From: Nitrospirota bacterium
Lineage (GTDB): Bacteria; Nitrospirota; UBA9217
Direction of reading: 5' to 3'
Assembly (NCBI GenBank): GCA_963751455.1
Contig: CAVVUN010000015.1
Location: forward strand, 192,001-256,000
Length of the DNA stretch: 64,000 nucleotides
The position numbers and the translations under genes were made by a program. The first letter of the stretch is position 1; every line of letters starts with the position of its first letter. Below, piece after piece: positions 16,225-26,080 of the stretch. Under the pieces are notes generated by a model. It did not search any database. It worked only from the letters and a program-made list of their open reading frames with translations, and was not told the origin of the DNA.

Positions 16225-17442
16225 ATGAAGAAACTCGAGAAATTACGGCCAATCCACCCGTTTCCGGCTAGAATGGCGCCGGGTATCGCCTTTGATGTTT
16301 TGGCTGAAGCAAAAAAGCCATTACGGGTTCTGGATCCCATGATGGGTTCTGGTACTGTGCTCGCTGTGGCCCGATCTAAAGGTCATCGCGCTATTGGTAT
16401 TGATATTGATCCGCTCGCTGTTCTTATTTCAAAAGTTTGGACAACTTCGGTAGATCCGGACGCTGTGCAGGACAAGGCAGTTGATGTTCTTGATCGAGCA
16501 GTAGATATCTTCGCAAGGTTACCAACCCGAAATGCATACCCTCGTGGGGCAGATCAACTGACGCGACAATTCATTACATACTGGTTTGATGATTATGCTC
16601 GGAGACAACTTACATCGCTAGTAATGGCAATAGAGCGAGTTAAGGATGATACTGTTCGCAACCTGCTCTGGTGCGCTTTCTCTCGGCTTATCATCACTAA
16701 GCAGTCGGGAGCTTCTCTCGCAATGGATCTATCTCATAGTCGGCCTCATAAGTCTTTTGCTCGTGCACCTGCTAAACCCTTCAGAAACTTTCTTGGCATG
16801 GTAAATCGCGTTGTTCCAAATTGCATCGATAAAAATTCTAAAAATCGAGGGCCAGCAACACAAACATATGAAGGGGACGCTCGCGCATTGCCGCTTGAAA
16901 GTCATTCAGTAGATTTGGTCTTGACATCTCCTCCTTATTTAAATGCATTAGATTACATCCGTTGCAGCAAATTTACATTAGTCTGGATGGGATACAGGAT
17001 TGAGGAGCTTCGACGTTTGCGAAGTCAGAGTGTCGGTACTGAATCATGCAGAGCGAAGATAGCTGACGATAAAGATATTGCTCATCTCATCACTGACTTA
17101 AAGTTACGGCCCGCTCTTGGGACAAAAGATAAAAGACCTCTTGCACGGTACATCTATGACATGCGTCTAGCCGTACACGAAGTTTCCCGCGTTCTTAAGC
17201 CGGGTGGCAGGGCCATCTATGTAATTGGTGAGAATACGATCAAGGGTACCTATATTAGAAATTCGCATATAGTGTCTGCCGTGGCAGAGCTTGCTGGGCT
17301 TAGTCTCATTGAGCGACGTGTACGAAGATTACCAGCAAATCGGCGTTACCTTCCGCCGCCGACGTCACGTCATAGCGTTGCTGCGCTAGATGCACGAATG
17401 CGAAGTGAAGTGATATTGTCATTTAAAGGAGTTGTGCCTTAG
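16225..17442 (+). CDS. DNA amino-methyltransferase (probably N4-cytosine, alpha motif order)
   Basis: HPFPARM, motif I LDPMMGSGT, motif IV LTSPPY, RVLKPGG. Confidence 0.88.
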   Translation: MKKLEKLRPIHPFPARMAPGIAFDVLAEAKKPLRVLDPMMGSGTVLAVARSKGHRAIGIDIDPLAVLISKVWTTSVDPDAVQDKAVDVLDRAVDIFARLPTRNAYPRGADQLTRQFITYWFDDYARRQLTSLVMAIERVKDDTVRNLLWCAFSRLIITKQSGASLAMDLSHSRPHKSFARAPAKPFRNFLGMVNRVVPNCIDKNSKNRGPATQTYEGDARALPLESHSVDLVLTSPPYLNALDYIRCSKFTLVWMGYRIEELRRLRSQSVGTESCRAKIADDKDIAHLITDLKLRPALGTKDKRPLARYIYDMRLAVHEVSRVLKPGGRAIYVIGENTIKGTYIRNSHIVSAVAELAGLSLIERRVRRLPANRRYLPPPTSRHSVAALDARMRSEVILSFKGVVP

Positions 17443-17492
17443 AAAATTATTAACAAGACCTAGGGCAATAAGCACGTATCTATCATGAGTTT

Positions 17493-19370
17493 ATGATGGA
17501 GAATATAAAAATGGATTTTAACTTAAATAGCTTAAAACAAGAAACAGAAATTGGTCATCGCTACGAAAAGCGGATTGCTTATCTTGTCAATAATGGGCAA
17601 GAAGTCGAAAGAATTAAAATCGTTGTTGAAACGGCAATAGATAATATCAAAAAAGGTCAAAAATCATTCGTTATCTACGGTGAACCTCAAAGTGGAAAGA
17701 CAGAAATGATGATTGCCCTGACAGCAAAGTTACTTGATGAAGGGCATAAAATCATTCTCGTCTTACTTAATGATAGTGTTCAATTACTGGGTCAGAACCT
17801 CGAACGTTTTCAACGCTCTGGCCTGTCACCATCACCTAAGAAATTCAGTGAAATATTAACTCCAGAAGTAAAGATTGGAGATAGACAGTGGATTATATTT
17901 TGTAAAAAAAATGCCAAAGATTTATATAAGCTAATTCTGAAAATTGAAGGTCGTAAAAGTCGTGTCGTTGTGGACGATGAGGCTGATTATGCAACGCCAA
18001 ACTCAAAAATTAACAAAAAAGAGAAAAGTAAAATAAACGAATTGACGGAGTCGTTAATTGGAAATGAAGGTATATACATTGGGGTCACAGCGACTCCGGC
18101 TAGACTTGATTTGAACAGAACTCATAAAAACCAAAATGAATATTGGATAGATTTTCCGCCACACTCTAATTATGTAGGGCAGGATATATTTTTCCCTGTG
18201 TCTGTTGAGAATCCAAAGTTCGGCCTATCATTTCTTTCCGATACGGGCGATCTTCCAAGACATCTTCGAGAATCGTTATTCCGCTTTGTTGTGGATGTGG
18301 CATACTTGAACATCGAGGTAAACGAGCGTGAGAAAAATTATTCTATGTTAATTCACACAAGCGGTAAAAAAAATGATCACATTGTGGATTATAAGCAAGT
18401 AATTAAAATATTTGAAACACTTCGTGATGACAAAAATAATAATCACGAATCGTATTATAAAAAAATATGGGAAACAGCAGCCTCAATATATCCAGAAAAG
18501 AAAAGCGAAATCGTAAAGTATATTATCGCTAATTGTGACCGCAATAACGTTGTGGTGATGAATAGCGATAAAGAGGTGAATGCTGCAGATAATAGAACCG
18601 CGACCGATCCTTCGGCTCCTTTTACGATAATCATAGGAGGAAATATTGTATCACGCGGTGTGACGTTTAATAATTTACTTTTAATGTTCTTTACGAGAGA
18701 TGTTAAGCATAAGCTCCAACAAGACACGTATATTCAGAGAGCAAGAATGTTTGGATCTCGCAAATCCTACCTAGGCTATTTTACATTAGTGATTCCGAAA
18801 ACATTATTCCTCGATTGGCAGCGATGCTTTATTTTTCACAGACTATCGCTCGAGGCAAGAAAACAAAATAATAGATCGCCAGTATGGCTTGATGGTGAAA
18901 GAATCACGGCCGCTGCAAGCACAAGTATTGATAAAACAAATATCGTTATAGACAAGGGTGAGATGAGTTTTGATTTATTCGATTATGACGAGGTCGGAAT
19001 TGCTCACATTTTAGATGAGAATATGTCAGCGTTAGGGAAGATAAAAGCTCTGAATGGACTGCTCGGCAAGCCGTGTTTGCCTGATTATTTAGTAAACTAC
19101 ATGGAAAGTTTTTGTCCCTCAGGAGATGACTCGATCGCTGTACATCATCCGAAAAGCATTGCGGGCTACGCTGACAAAAAAGGGGAAATTGATAAGGCAA
19201 CAATTACACGTACAAAGGGTTTTATCGGGGACAATCAACTTGAGCTTGGGAAGTATCCGAATGCGATTCATCATATTAACATTCTTTTTAATAACATAGG
19301 TAAAGCGCGTATTTTCTACAAATATCAGGGCAATATAAGATTTTTAAAGACCGCAAAGAAAAATGATTAG
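17493..19370 (+). CDS. Z1-domain SF2 helicase-like protein
   Basis: GEPQSGKT, DDEAD, TATP, SMLIHTS, IGGNIVSRGVT, DTYIQRARMFG. Confidence 0.88.
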   Translation: MMENIKMDFNLNSLKQETEIGHRYEKRIAYLVNNGQEVERIKIVVETAIDNIKKGQKSFVIYGEPQSGKTEMMIALTAKLLDEGHKIILVLLNDSVQLLGQNLERFQRSGLSPSPKKFSEILTPEVKIGDRQWIIFCKKNAKDLYKLILKIEGRKSRVVVDDEADYATPNSKINKKEKSKINELTESLIGNEGIYIGVTATPARLDLNRTHKNQNEYWIDFPPHSNYVGQDIFFPVSVENPKFGLSFLSDTGDLPRHLRESLFRFVVDVAYLNIEVNEREKNYSMLIHTSGKKNDHIVDYKQVIKIFETLRDDKNNNHESYYKKIWETAASIYPEKKSEIVKYIIANCDRNNVVVMNSDKEVNAADNRTATDPSAPFTIIIGGNIVSRGVTFNNLLLMFFTRDVKHKLQQDTYIQRARMFGSRKSYLGYFTLVIPKTLFLDWQRCFIFHRLSLEARKQNNRSPVWLDGERITAAASTSIDKTNIVIDKGEMSFDLFDYDEVGIAHILDENMSALGKIKALNGLLGKPCLPDYLVNYMESFCPSGDDSIAVHHPKSIAGYADKKGEIDKATITRTKGFIGDNQLELGKYPNAIHHINILFNNIGKARIFYKYQGNIRFLKTAKKND

Positions 19371-19878
19371 AGAGTTCGAATTTTATCATGGCGCCGTTTT
19401 TACATGTCTCTTGCATGGAATGCCGAGAGAGGTGTCCATACAATTGTTTCCTACTCAGGATAACGCATCTTATGTGATAGACAATAAAATAGGAATATAT
19501 ATTAAATACTCTTCCAAACGACTCTCGCCGTGGACCTTTTCATTCCAAAGCAGACACCAAGATGAAATTGCAGAGATGAAAAATAAAATAGGATTTGCTT
19601 TCGTACTTTTAGTTTGCAATGATGATGGCGTTGTTGTGTTAAGTTTTGAAGAGCTTAAACAGATTTTAGATCAATCTAATGGTGGGACAGAGTGGATCAG
19701 TGTTGCAAGGAACCGAAGGGAAATGTATTCCGTCAAAGGCTCAAATGGTAAATTGCAATTCAAAATTGGCAAAAATGATTTTCCCAGTAAAATATTTAAT
19801 CGCATCAATCAATCGCCGACAAAAAAAGAACAAGAAAGTGCTCATCTCAGAAGTGAGGGCAATATTCTTGTACCGTGA
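19363..19878 (+). CDS. hypothetical protein overlapping the Z1 gene; possible restriction-endonuclease-like fold
   Basis: Overlaps the Z1 stop; YIKYS..WTFSF..E pattern; fold assignment is a guess. Confidence 0.65.
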   Translation: MIREFEFYHGAVFTCLLHGMPREVSIQLFPTQDNASYVIDNKIGIYIKYSSKRLSPWTFSFQSRHQDEIAEMKNKIGFAFVLLVCNDDGVVVLSFEELKQILDQSNGGTEWISVARNRREMYSVKGSNGKLQFKIGKNDFPSKIFNRINQSPTKKEQESAHLRSEGNILVP

Positions 19879-20224
19879 AACATCCTCCAGCACATAAATA
19901 GCGATACAACTAGATCTGCCATGCTTACTGCCTCATGACCAATCATTACCACCTCCTGATCGAAACGCCTGATGGAAATCTCTCCCTCGGCATGCGCCAG
20001 TTGAATGGCATCTACACACAGCTCTTTAACAAACTGCACGGAAGGGTCGGTCACCTGTTTCAGGGAAGGTTCAAGGCGATACTGATCCAGAAAGATGGAA
20101 GCTCCCTGAACCGGCATGGAGCTTCGATTCACAATGTGAAATACGATCGTATTCGCTCTCTCCGATCACTCCAGAATTCTCATCTCCTCGAAGTTTGCCG
20201 GTATACGGTCTTAAATCCCGTCCG
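19871..20224 (+). pseudogene. RAYT (REP-associated tyrosine transposase) remnant, copy 1
   Basis: YCLMTNHYHLLIET..GHLFQGRFK..LNPVR; 5' end degenerate, 3' end cut by IS66. Confidence 0.85.
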
Positions 20225-20726
20225 GTAACAGTTTAGCCCTTTCTCAATTGATAGAACCACACGGCCTAAAGAGAGCACCCCGCTCTTCACCCGGACCCGG
20301 AATGCAGAATTGCCCTGATTGTATTCTCGATTGGATTTCTTTTCAACTTGAATTGTTATACAAGGCGGCCTGTGCTGTTACGGTATCGGCCGTATGGAGG
20401 GTATGTAGGAATTCCCTTGGATGGACGCCCTGTCGTCGGGCGGTCTGTATGAGCGTGGGGATGATGCTGTGAGTTTTGAGCCCGCTGTCTGAACGGGTGC
20501 CGAAACAAACCTTCCTGAAGATCACCATTTTTCGCAGGGATTGTTCAGCGTGATTATTCGTAGGCGGTACGCCGGGAATCCGCAGGAACGTGAAAAGATG
20601 TTTTTGCTCAGGTCCGATCAGAAACGTCCGCAGAGTATCGGCAGGCTTGAACCGCAGCGGGTGTTTGCATATTTTCTTCAACTCCCGGACGAGCTTTTTC
20701 TCGATGCCCGCCGTCTCCTCCCGAAG
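20225..20726 (-). mobile_element. IS66 family remnant (transposase C-terminus plus terminal GTAA end)
   Basis: PPTNNHAEQSLR..VIFRKVCFGTRS..G in ORF 20343..20681; GTAAC terminus at 20225; cut off at the RAYT end motif at 20727. Confidence 0.85.
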
Positions 20727-20781
20727 AATCTTTAGGGTCAGGTCTTGTATATTGACATTTGCTTATTCTTTGTGCTATCGT
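20727..20781 (+). promoter_or_regulatory. RAYT 5' end motif with embedded promoter
   Basis: AATCTTTAGGGTCAGGTCT followed by TTGACA-N18-TATCGT; repeated at 26021-26075. Confidence 0.7.
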
Positions 20782-20786
20782 AGCTC

Positions 20787-21866
20787 ATGTCCCGCCCCCT
20801 TCGCATAGAGTACGCTGGCGCAGTCTACCACGTAACATCTCGCGGCAATGAAAAGAAATCCGTATTCAGGACCGACCGGGACCGCGAGAACTTTTTGAAT
20901 ACCCTCCAGCATGTGACAAAAAAGTACAATTGGATCTGCCACGCTTATTGCCTCATGACCAATCATTACCACCTCTTGATCGAAACTCCAGATGGCAACT
21001 TATCCCTCGGTATGCGCCAGTTGAATGGGGTCTATACACAGCTTTTTAACAAATTGCACGGTCGGATCGGCCATCTTTTTCAAGGCCGGTTCAAGTTCTC
21101 AGATTGAAGCTCCCTGAATCAGCATGGAGCTTCGATTCTCAATGTGAAATACGATCGTATTCGCTCACTCCGTTCACTCCAGAATTCTCATCTCCTTGAA
21201 GTCTGTCGATATACGGTTCTCAATCCGATCCGGGCCAGGATGGTGCAAAGACCGTATGACTGGGCATGGTCCAGTTACCTGGCAACAGTCGGGAAAGTGA
21301 AGCCCCATGCCTGCCTGACCACGGACTGGGTTCTCGGTCAGTTTAGCGGGAAAAGGGGGAAGGCGGAGAAGGAGTATCGGAACTTCGTTCAATGGGGAAT
21401 CGGGAAGAAGACGATCTGGACGGAGGTCCGGGGACAGGCTCTCCTGGGCGAGGATGCCTTTGTGGATAAGCTTGTTGATCACCTAAAAAAACACAAGAAC
21501 ATTCCTGAAATTCCGAGAAGCCAGCGGTTTTCTACGAGACCCCCACTTGAAAAGATCTTCCCGGAGAGTGTCAGAAGAAAGAAGGGACCCATCCCCACAC
21601 CCTACACTCGCGCTTGCGCACTCGTAGCCGCTGGGCGCAAGTCCCCAGCCCTCCCGCTAACAACCCACCCTCATCCCGTCCTTCCCCCTGAGGTGGAAGG
21701 AGTGGCGGACAAGGATAATTCTATCGGGAGGGAGAAGCAGAAGCGGGATATGAAGATCGCTGAAGCCGTTCAAAAGCACGGGTATATGCAGAGCGAAGTA
21801 GCCCGGCATCTCAGTCTGCATACGGCAACTGTAAGCAGGCTGGTGTGGCTAGGGAAGAACAAGTAA
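20787..21866 (+). pseudogene. RAYT copy 2: one reading frame with an in-frame TGA at 21105 and two palindromic inserts
   Basis: MSRPLR..YHVTSRGN, HUH motif NHYHLL, LNPIRA..WSSY, C-terminal HTH. Confidence 0.9.
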
Positions 21867-21954
21867 TAAATAGGGAGGAAGAGGAATGCCCGGTAATGTT
21901 CGCGGCGTGATTGGCGCTTGTTTTTTTTAAAGAACTTTGCTATTCTATCACAGT

Positions 21955-22263
21955 ATGAAGATCACTTTGCCGAAAGAGAAACTCGCCGAGTTCTGTAGTC
22001 GCTGGAAAATCACCGAATTTGCCCTTTTCGGATCGGTGCTTCGAGATGATTTCGGGCCTACGAGCGACGTGGATGTGCTCGTGACGTTCGCTTCAGATGC
22101 TCATTGGAGCCTGCTCGACCATGTGAATATGCAGGACGAACTGAAGGCGCTGTTCGGCAGAAACGTCGATCTGGTCAACCGCCGCGGCATAGAGCGGAGC
22201 CGCAACCCCATTCGTCGCAGAGATATCCTCGATTCCGCCGAGGTCATCTATGCAGCAGCGTGA
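21955..22263 (+). CDS. mntA: MNT nucleotidyltransferase antitoxin
   Basis: LFGSVLRDDFGPTSDVDVLV (GS-X10-DXD). Confidence 0.9.
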   Translation: MKITLPKEKLAEFCSRWKITEFALFGSVLRDDFGPTSDVDVLVTFASDAHWSLLDHVNMQDELKALFGRNVDLVNRRGIERSRNPIRRRDILDSAEVIYAAA

Positions 22264-22591
22264 CCCCAGCCATCTCACCGATATCCTTCAAGCTGCAAAA
22301 CAGATACAGAATTTCCTTCAGGGCATTGATAAAGAACAGTTTGACGGCAGTGCGTTGATACAATCGGCCGTCATACGGCAGATTGAGATCATTGGTGAGG
22401 CGTCAAAGCGGCTCTCTGAACCATTCCGCTCGGCCAATCCGCATATACCGTGGAGACAGATCGCGGGAATGCGGGACCTGCTTATTCATGCCTATGACCA
22501 CGTGGACATCGATGAGGTCTGGAATGCGGCCCGGTCCGATATCCCTTCTTTGATATCCTGGATAGAACCTCTTATCAATAAATCCGTTTGA
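22250..22591 (+). CDS. hepT: HEPN (DUF86) ribonuclease toxin
   Basis: EIIGEA, IPWRQIAGMRDLLIHAY (RX4HXY); overlaps mntA. Confidence 0.9.
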   Translation: MQQRDPSHLTDILQAAKQIQNFLQGIDKEQFDGSALIQSAVIRQIEIIGEASKRLSEPFRSANPHIPWRQIAGMRDLLIHAYDHVDIDEVWNAARSDIPSLISWIEPLINKSV

Positions 22592-22639
22592 GATCACATC
22601 CACTTAACCTCTTTCAGGGCAGGTTTAAGGCCAGCCTAT

Positions 22640-23334
22640 TGAAGCTCCATGAAGCAACACGGAGCTTCGATTCCTAATGTGAAATTCGATCGTATCCGCT
22701 CGTTCCACTCGCTCCAGAATGGAGCGCCCCTTCAACATTGGGAGCTCGATTCTCAGAGTGTTAATCATTGTCGTATTCGTTCGCTCTGCTTACTCCAGAA
22801 TTCAGAAATCATTTTCTGGAAGTCTGCCGCTATACGGTCTTAAATCCTGTCCGGGCGAGGATGGTGCAAAGACCGGAAGACTGGGCATGTTCCAGTTACC
22901 TGGCAACAGCAGGGAAATCGAAGCCCCATGCTTGCCTGACCACGGACTGGGTTCTCGGTCAGTTTGGCGGGAAAAGAGGGAAGGCAGAGAAGGACTATCG
23001 TCAATTCGTTCAGTGGGGGATCGGAAAGAAGACAATCTGGCAGAAGTCCGGGGCCAGGCGCTTTTAGGCGAGGATGACTTTGTTGACAAACTCGTCGATC
23101 ACCTCAAGGCACAAGCATATCCCCGAGATCCCGAGAAGCCAGCGGTTTTCTACGAGACCCCCACTTGAAAAGATCTTCCCGGAGAGTGTCACGAGCAACA
23201 AGCGCAAACGGGATAAGAAGATCGCTGCAGCAGTTCAAAAGCACGGGTATATGCAAAGTGAGATCGCCCGGCACCTCGGTTTGCATGTGGGCACGATAAG
23301 CAAGCTGCTGCGGGCGAAGAAAAGTGAGCAGTGA
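22640..23334 (+). pseudogene. RAYT copy 3, 5'-truncated and frameshifted, starting with two tandem 81-bp inserts
   Basis: LEVCRYTVLNPVRA..SSY, HTH at the end; high DNA similarity to copies 2 and 4. Confidence 0.85.
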
Positions 23335-23341
23335 AGCATAA

Positions 23342-25300
23342 ATGAGAAGCGGTAAAAAACGGGGTCAGGCGCGCCGGGTGCATGCAAGAAAAAAATTTCG
23401 TGAACTCACATGGGCACACCTTGAAGACTGGGCCGGACAAAAGATCGTATCCCGCGGGATGTCCTATCATAAGGGCGGGTCAGTGCGGGATTTGGCCGAA
23501 ACCTCCGAGGGCAGCATTATCGCCTGGGTGCAGGGGTCGGAAAACTACGCGACAAAGGTTTCGCGTGAACAGGGACGGCTTTCATCAGAATGCACCTGTC
23601 CCTACGGCGGAACCTGCAAGCATGCTGTCTCGGTCGTCCTCGAATACCTTGACCGGATTAAAAATAACGTTGAAATGCCTTTGGCAGGCGAAGATGACGA
23701 GCGGCTCAATCTCCTCGAGGATGAGCCGCCGGTAGGGGAGGACTATGATGACGACATAGAAACAGATGGGGGAGAGGACGATGAATTGATCGAAGAGGCC
23801 GAGCTTGCGCTTGCCGGCATTGATTCAGCCCTCAAGAAGAAGTCCAGGAAGGAATTGCAGTCAATGCTGGCCGGAATCCTCAAAGACCACCCTGAAATAA
23901 CGAAAGAACGGGGACTTGCGACAGCATCTCCCGGGAAAAAAGGCTGTCCCGCTTTGGTTAAGGCTGTGACCAGGGCCATTATCATCGTCAGCAGCGAACC
24001 GGGATGGCGAAACTACTGGAAGCACGAAGGCCATACACCCGATTATTCTCCTGTGCGCGAAGGCCTGCAGCAGCTTCTCGATGAAGCATGCGCGGATGAC
24101 GTTGTACGGTTGGGAGAAAAGCTGTTTGAAAGAGGGATAGCACAAATCGAACAGTCTCATGATGAAGGCGAGACCGCGGAAGAGATAGCCGAGACCATGC
24201 CGATCCTCTTCAAGGCCCTTGCCAAATGTTCCTTGTCCGATCCGGACAAACTGGAACGCGCCGTCGATTTCGGTTTGCGGGATGACTACGACCTCTGCCG
24301 TGGCCTTGAAGAGTTTATGGGGCGCAGGTTCGGGAAAAAGGCATGGAGCAGCCTGGCAGACCGTCTTCTTGCAAGGCTGCACCACATGAAACAGGAAAGG
24401 CAGGAAGACTCATTCTCGCGGAATTATAAGCGTGACCGCTTGTCTGATGAAATCATCCGGGCGTTGGAAAATGCGGATAGAGAAGAGGAAGCCGTTGCTG
24501 TCTGTTTTCAAGAAGCGGAAGCGTCCGGCAGCTTTGAGCGTCTGGTAAAGAAGCTGCGGGGCGCCGGCCGGGTGGCTGAGGCGGAAGAGTGGATCCGAAA
24601 AGGAGTGAAGGCAACACAGGACAGATGGCCGGGGATTGCATCCGCTTTGAAAAAAGAACTGCTGGATATCCGGCAGCGGAAGAGGGATTGGCTGTTTGTT
24701 GCAGCCCTCCGTGCCGATGATTTCTTAGATAATCCATGCCTGAAAACCTTCAAGGACCTTCAAACCGCTTCCGAAAAGTCGAAGGTTTGGCGGGAGGTCC
24801 GTGATGCAAGCCTGAAATTTCTCGAGACGGGCGAATGTCCTGTTGGAAAGCCCGGATGGCCCCTGCCCGGTACGGGCATCGGGAATATTCAAAAGACCCG
24901 GATGGGAAAGCCGCCGTTTACCGATAGCCTGATCGATATTGCTATTGAAGAGAAGCGGGTTGACGATATCGTACGGTGGCATGACGTCAAGCAAGAAAAA
25001 AAGGCATGGTCCAATAGATATCGAGACGACACGGTGGCAACCGCTATCGCTCATAAATATCCGGACAGAGCAATCGCAATCTGGAAGGATATCGCCGAGG
25101 GGCTTATTGCACAAACCAATGTCAACATTTACGGCGAGGCCGTGTCCTATATCAGGAAAGTTCAAAAAGCTCTGGACGGGCTTAACAGATCGGGCGAGTG
25201 GGCTGCCTATCTGAATGATCTGACCGAGACACACCGGAGAAAATCGCGGTTTATTCAAAAGCTGAACGTCCTTACAGGGAAACCGATTGTTTCGAAATAA
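23342..25300 (+). CDS. SWIM zinc-finger protein with a helical C-terminal region
   Basis: RG..Y...G.V, AWVQGSENY, CTCPYGGTCKH. Confidence 0.85.
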   Translation: MRSGKKRGQARRVHARKKFRELTWAHLEDWAGQKIVSRGMSYHKGGSVRDLAETSEGSIIAWVQGSENYATKVSREQGRLSSECTCPYGGTCKHAVSVVLEYLDRIKNNVEMPLAGEDDERLNLLEDEPPVGEDYDDDIETDGGEDDELIEEAELALAGIDSALKKKSRKELQSMLAGILKDHPEITKERGLATASPGKKGCPALVKAVTRAIIIVSSEPGWRNYWKHEGHTPDYSPVREGLQQLLDEACADDVVRLGEKLFERGIAQIEQSHDEGETAEEIAETMPILFKALAKCSLSDPDKLERAVDFGLRDDYDLCRGLEEFMGRRFGKKAWSSLADRLLARLHHMKQERQEDSFSRNYKRDRLSDEIIRALENADREEEAVAVCFQEAEASGSFERLVKKLRGAGRVAEAEEWIRKGVKATQDRWPGIASALKKELLDIRQRKRDWLFVAALRADDFLDNPCLKTFKDLQTASEKSKVWREVRDASLKFLETGECPVGKPGWPLPGTGIGNIQKTRMGKPPFTDSLIDIAIEEKRVDDIVRWHDVKQEKKAWSNRYRDDTVATAIAHKYPDRAIAIWKDIAEGLIAQTNVNIYGEAVSYIRKVQKALDGLNRSGEWAAYLNDLTETHRRKSRFIQKLNVLTGKPIVSK

Positions 25301-25492
25301 ATATGGAGAATCCGGCTAGACCTCAAGAATCGGTCTTGTGGCCAAAGCATAATCCTGAATCTCCTTTACAATTAAACCGGTTTATTGTACTTTTATGACA
25401 GATGATACAATCTATAGACGCATACGAGAAATGCCATGAGTCCAAAAATTCAGATGTAAACAGGTCTAGAGCGAAAATAAGAAGATCAAAAA

Positions 25493-25753
25493 ATGAATTT
25501 TAAGTTCACCCGGCATGCAGAAGAGGAAATGCAACGGCGACAAATTCCGCACTCAGTCGTCCAAGCCTTGTTGGAAAAGCCTGATGAGATAGTGGACGAA
25601 TACGGCAATAAGAAAGCTTATCAGTCGCAAATCGATATGGGAAGCGGTAAAATATATCTTGTTCGCGTGATTGTGGATGACATGGCAGAACCGAAAAGGG
25701 TTGTTACAGTTTATCGAACGAGCAAGATCGCAAGATATTGGAGGAAATCATGA
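25493..25753 (+). CDS. DUF4258 family putative toxin
   Basis: FTRHAEEEMQRR, VVTVY; ATGA overlap with the DUF2283 gene. Confidence 0.8.
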   Translation: MNFKFTRHAEEEMQRRQIPHSVVQALLEKPDEIVDEYGNKKAYQSQIDMGSGKIYLVRVIVDDMAEPKRVVTVYRTSKIARYWRKS

Positions 25754-25947
25754 AAATTACATATGATCCCGATGTCGATATTCTTCGCATTGTTTTCAGC
25801 GACGCGCCGGTTGAAGAGAGCGACGAGGAAAAACCGGGTGTAATTCTCGATTTTGATAAGAGCGGCAATGTGATTGGTCTGGAGATCCTCGATGCCTCCC
25901 GCCGCATGGAAAATCCGAGGTCCGTGGAATACGCGGTGTCCGGGTGA
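25750..25947 (+). CDS. DUF2283 family putative antitoxin
   Basis: MKITYDPDVDILRI..GVILDFD..G.VIGLEILDAS. Confidence 0.88.
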   Translation: MKITYDPDVDILRIVFSDAPVEESDEEKPGVILDFDKSGNVIGLEILDASRRMENPRSVEYAVSG

Positions 25948-25957
25948 TCCCATCCTG

Positions 25958-26029
25958 ATGGAATACCTGCTCCTTATCATGATCGGAATCTACTCGATCG
26001 TGTCCATGTCCTTGAACGAGAGTCTTTAG
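25958..26029 (+). pseudogene. N-terminal fragment of a LivM-like branched-chain amino acid permease
   Basis: MEYLLLIMIGIYSIVSMSLN resembles LivM-type N-termini (..GIY.I...SLN); ends at the RAYT end motif. Confidence 0.5.
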
Positions 26030-26080
26030 GGTCAGGTCTTGCCTGTTGACATTTGCTTATTTTATGTGCTATCGTAGCTT

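Noticed and set aside
16225-19878. Complete Mza or type I/III RM system
   Set aside because: No MORC ATPase, DUF4420, AIPR, HsdS or Res subunit is visible.
20097-20177. Intein or self-splicing intron in RAYT
   Set aside because: It ends in QN-S, superficially like an intein C-terminus, but 27 aa starting with Gly is far too short, and 81 nt is too small for group I/II introns.
21105-21107. Selenocysteine recoding of the TGA in RAYT copy 2
   Set aside because: The codon is GGA (Gly) in the sister copies, not Cys; the following hairpin belongs to the inserted element; the copy has other lesions.
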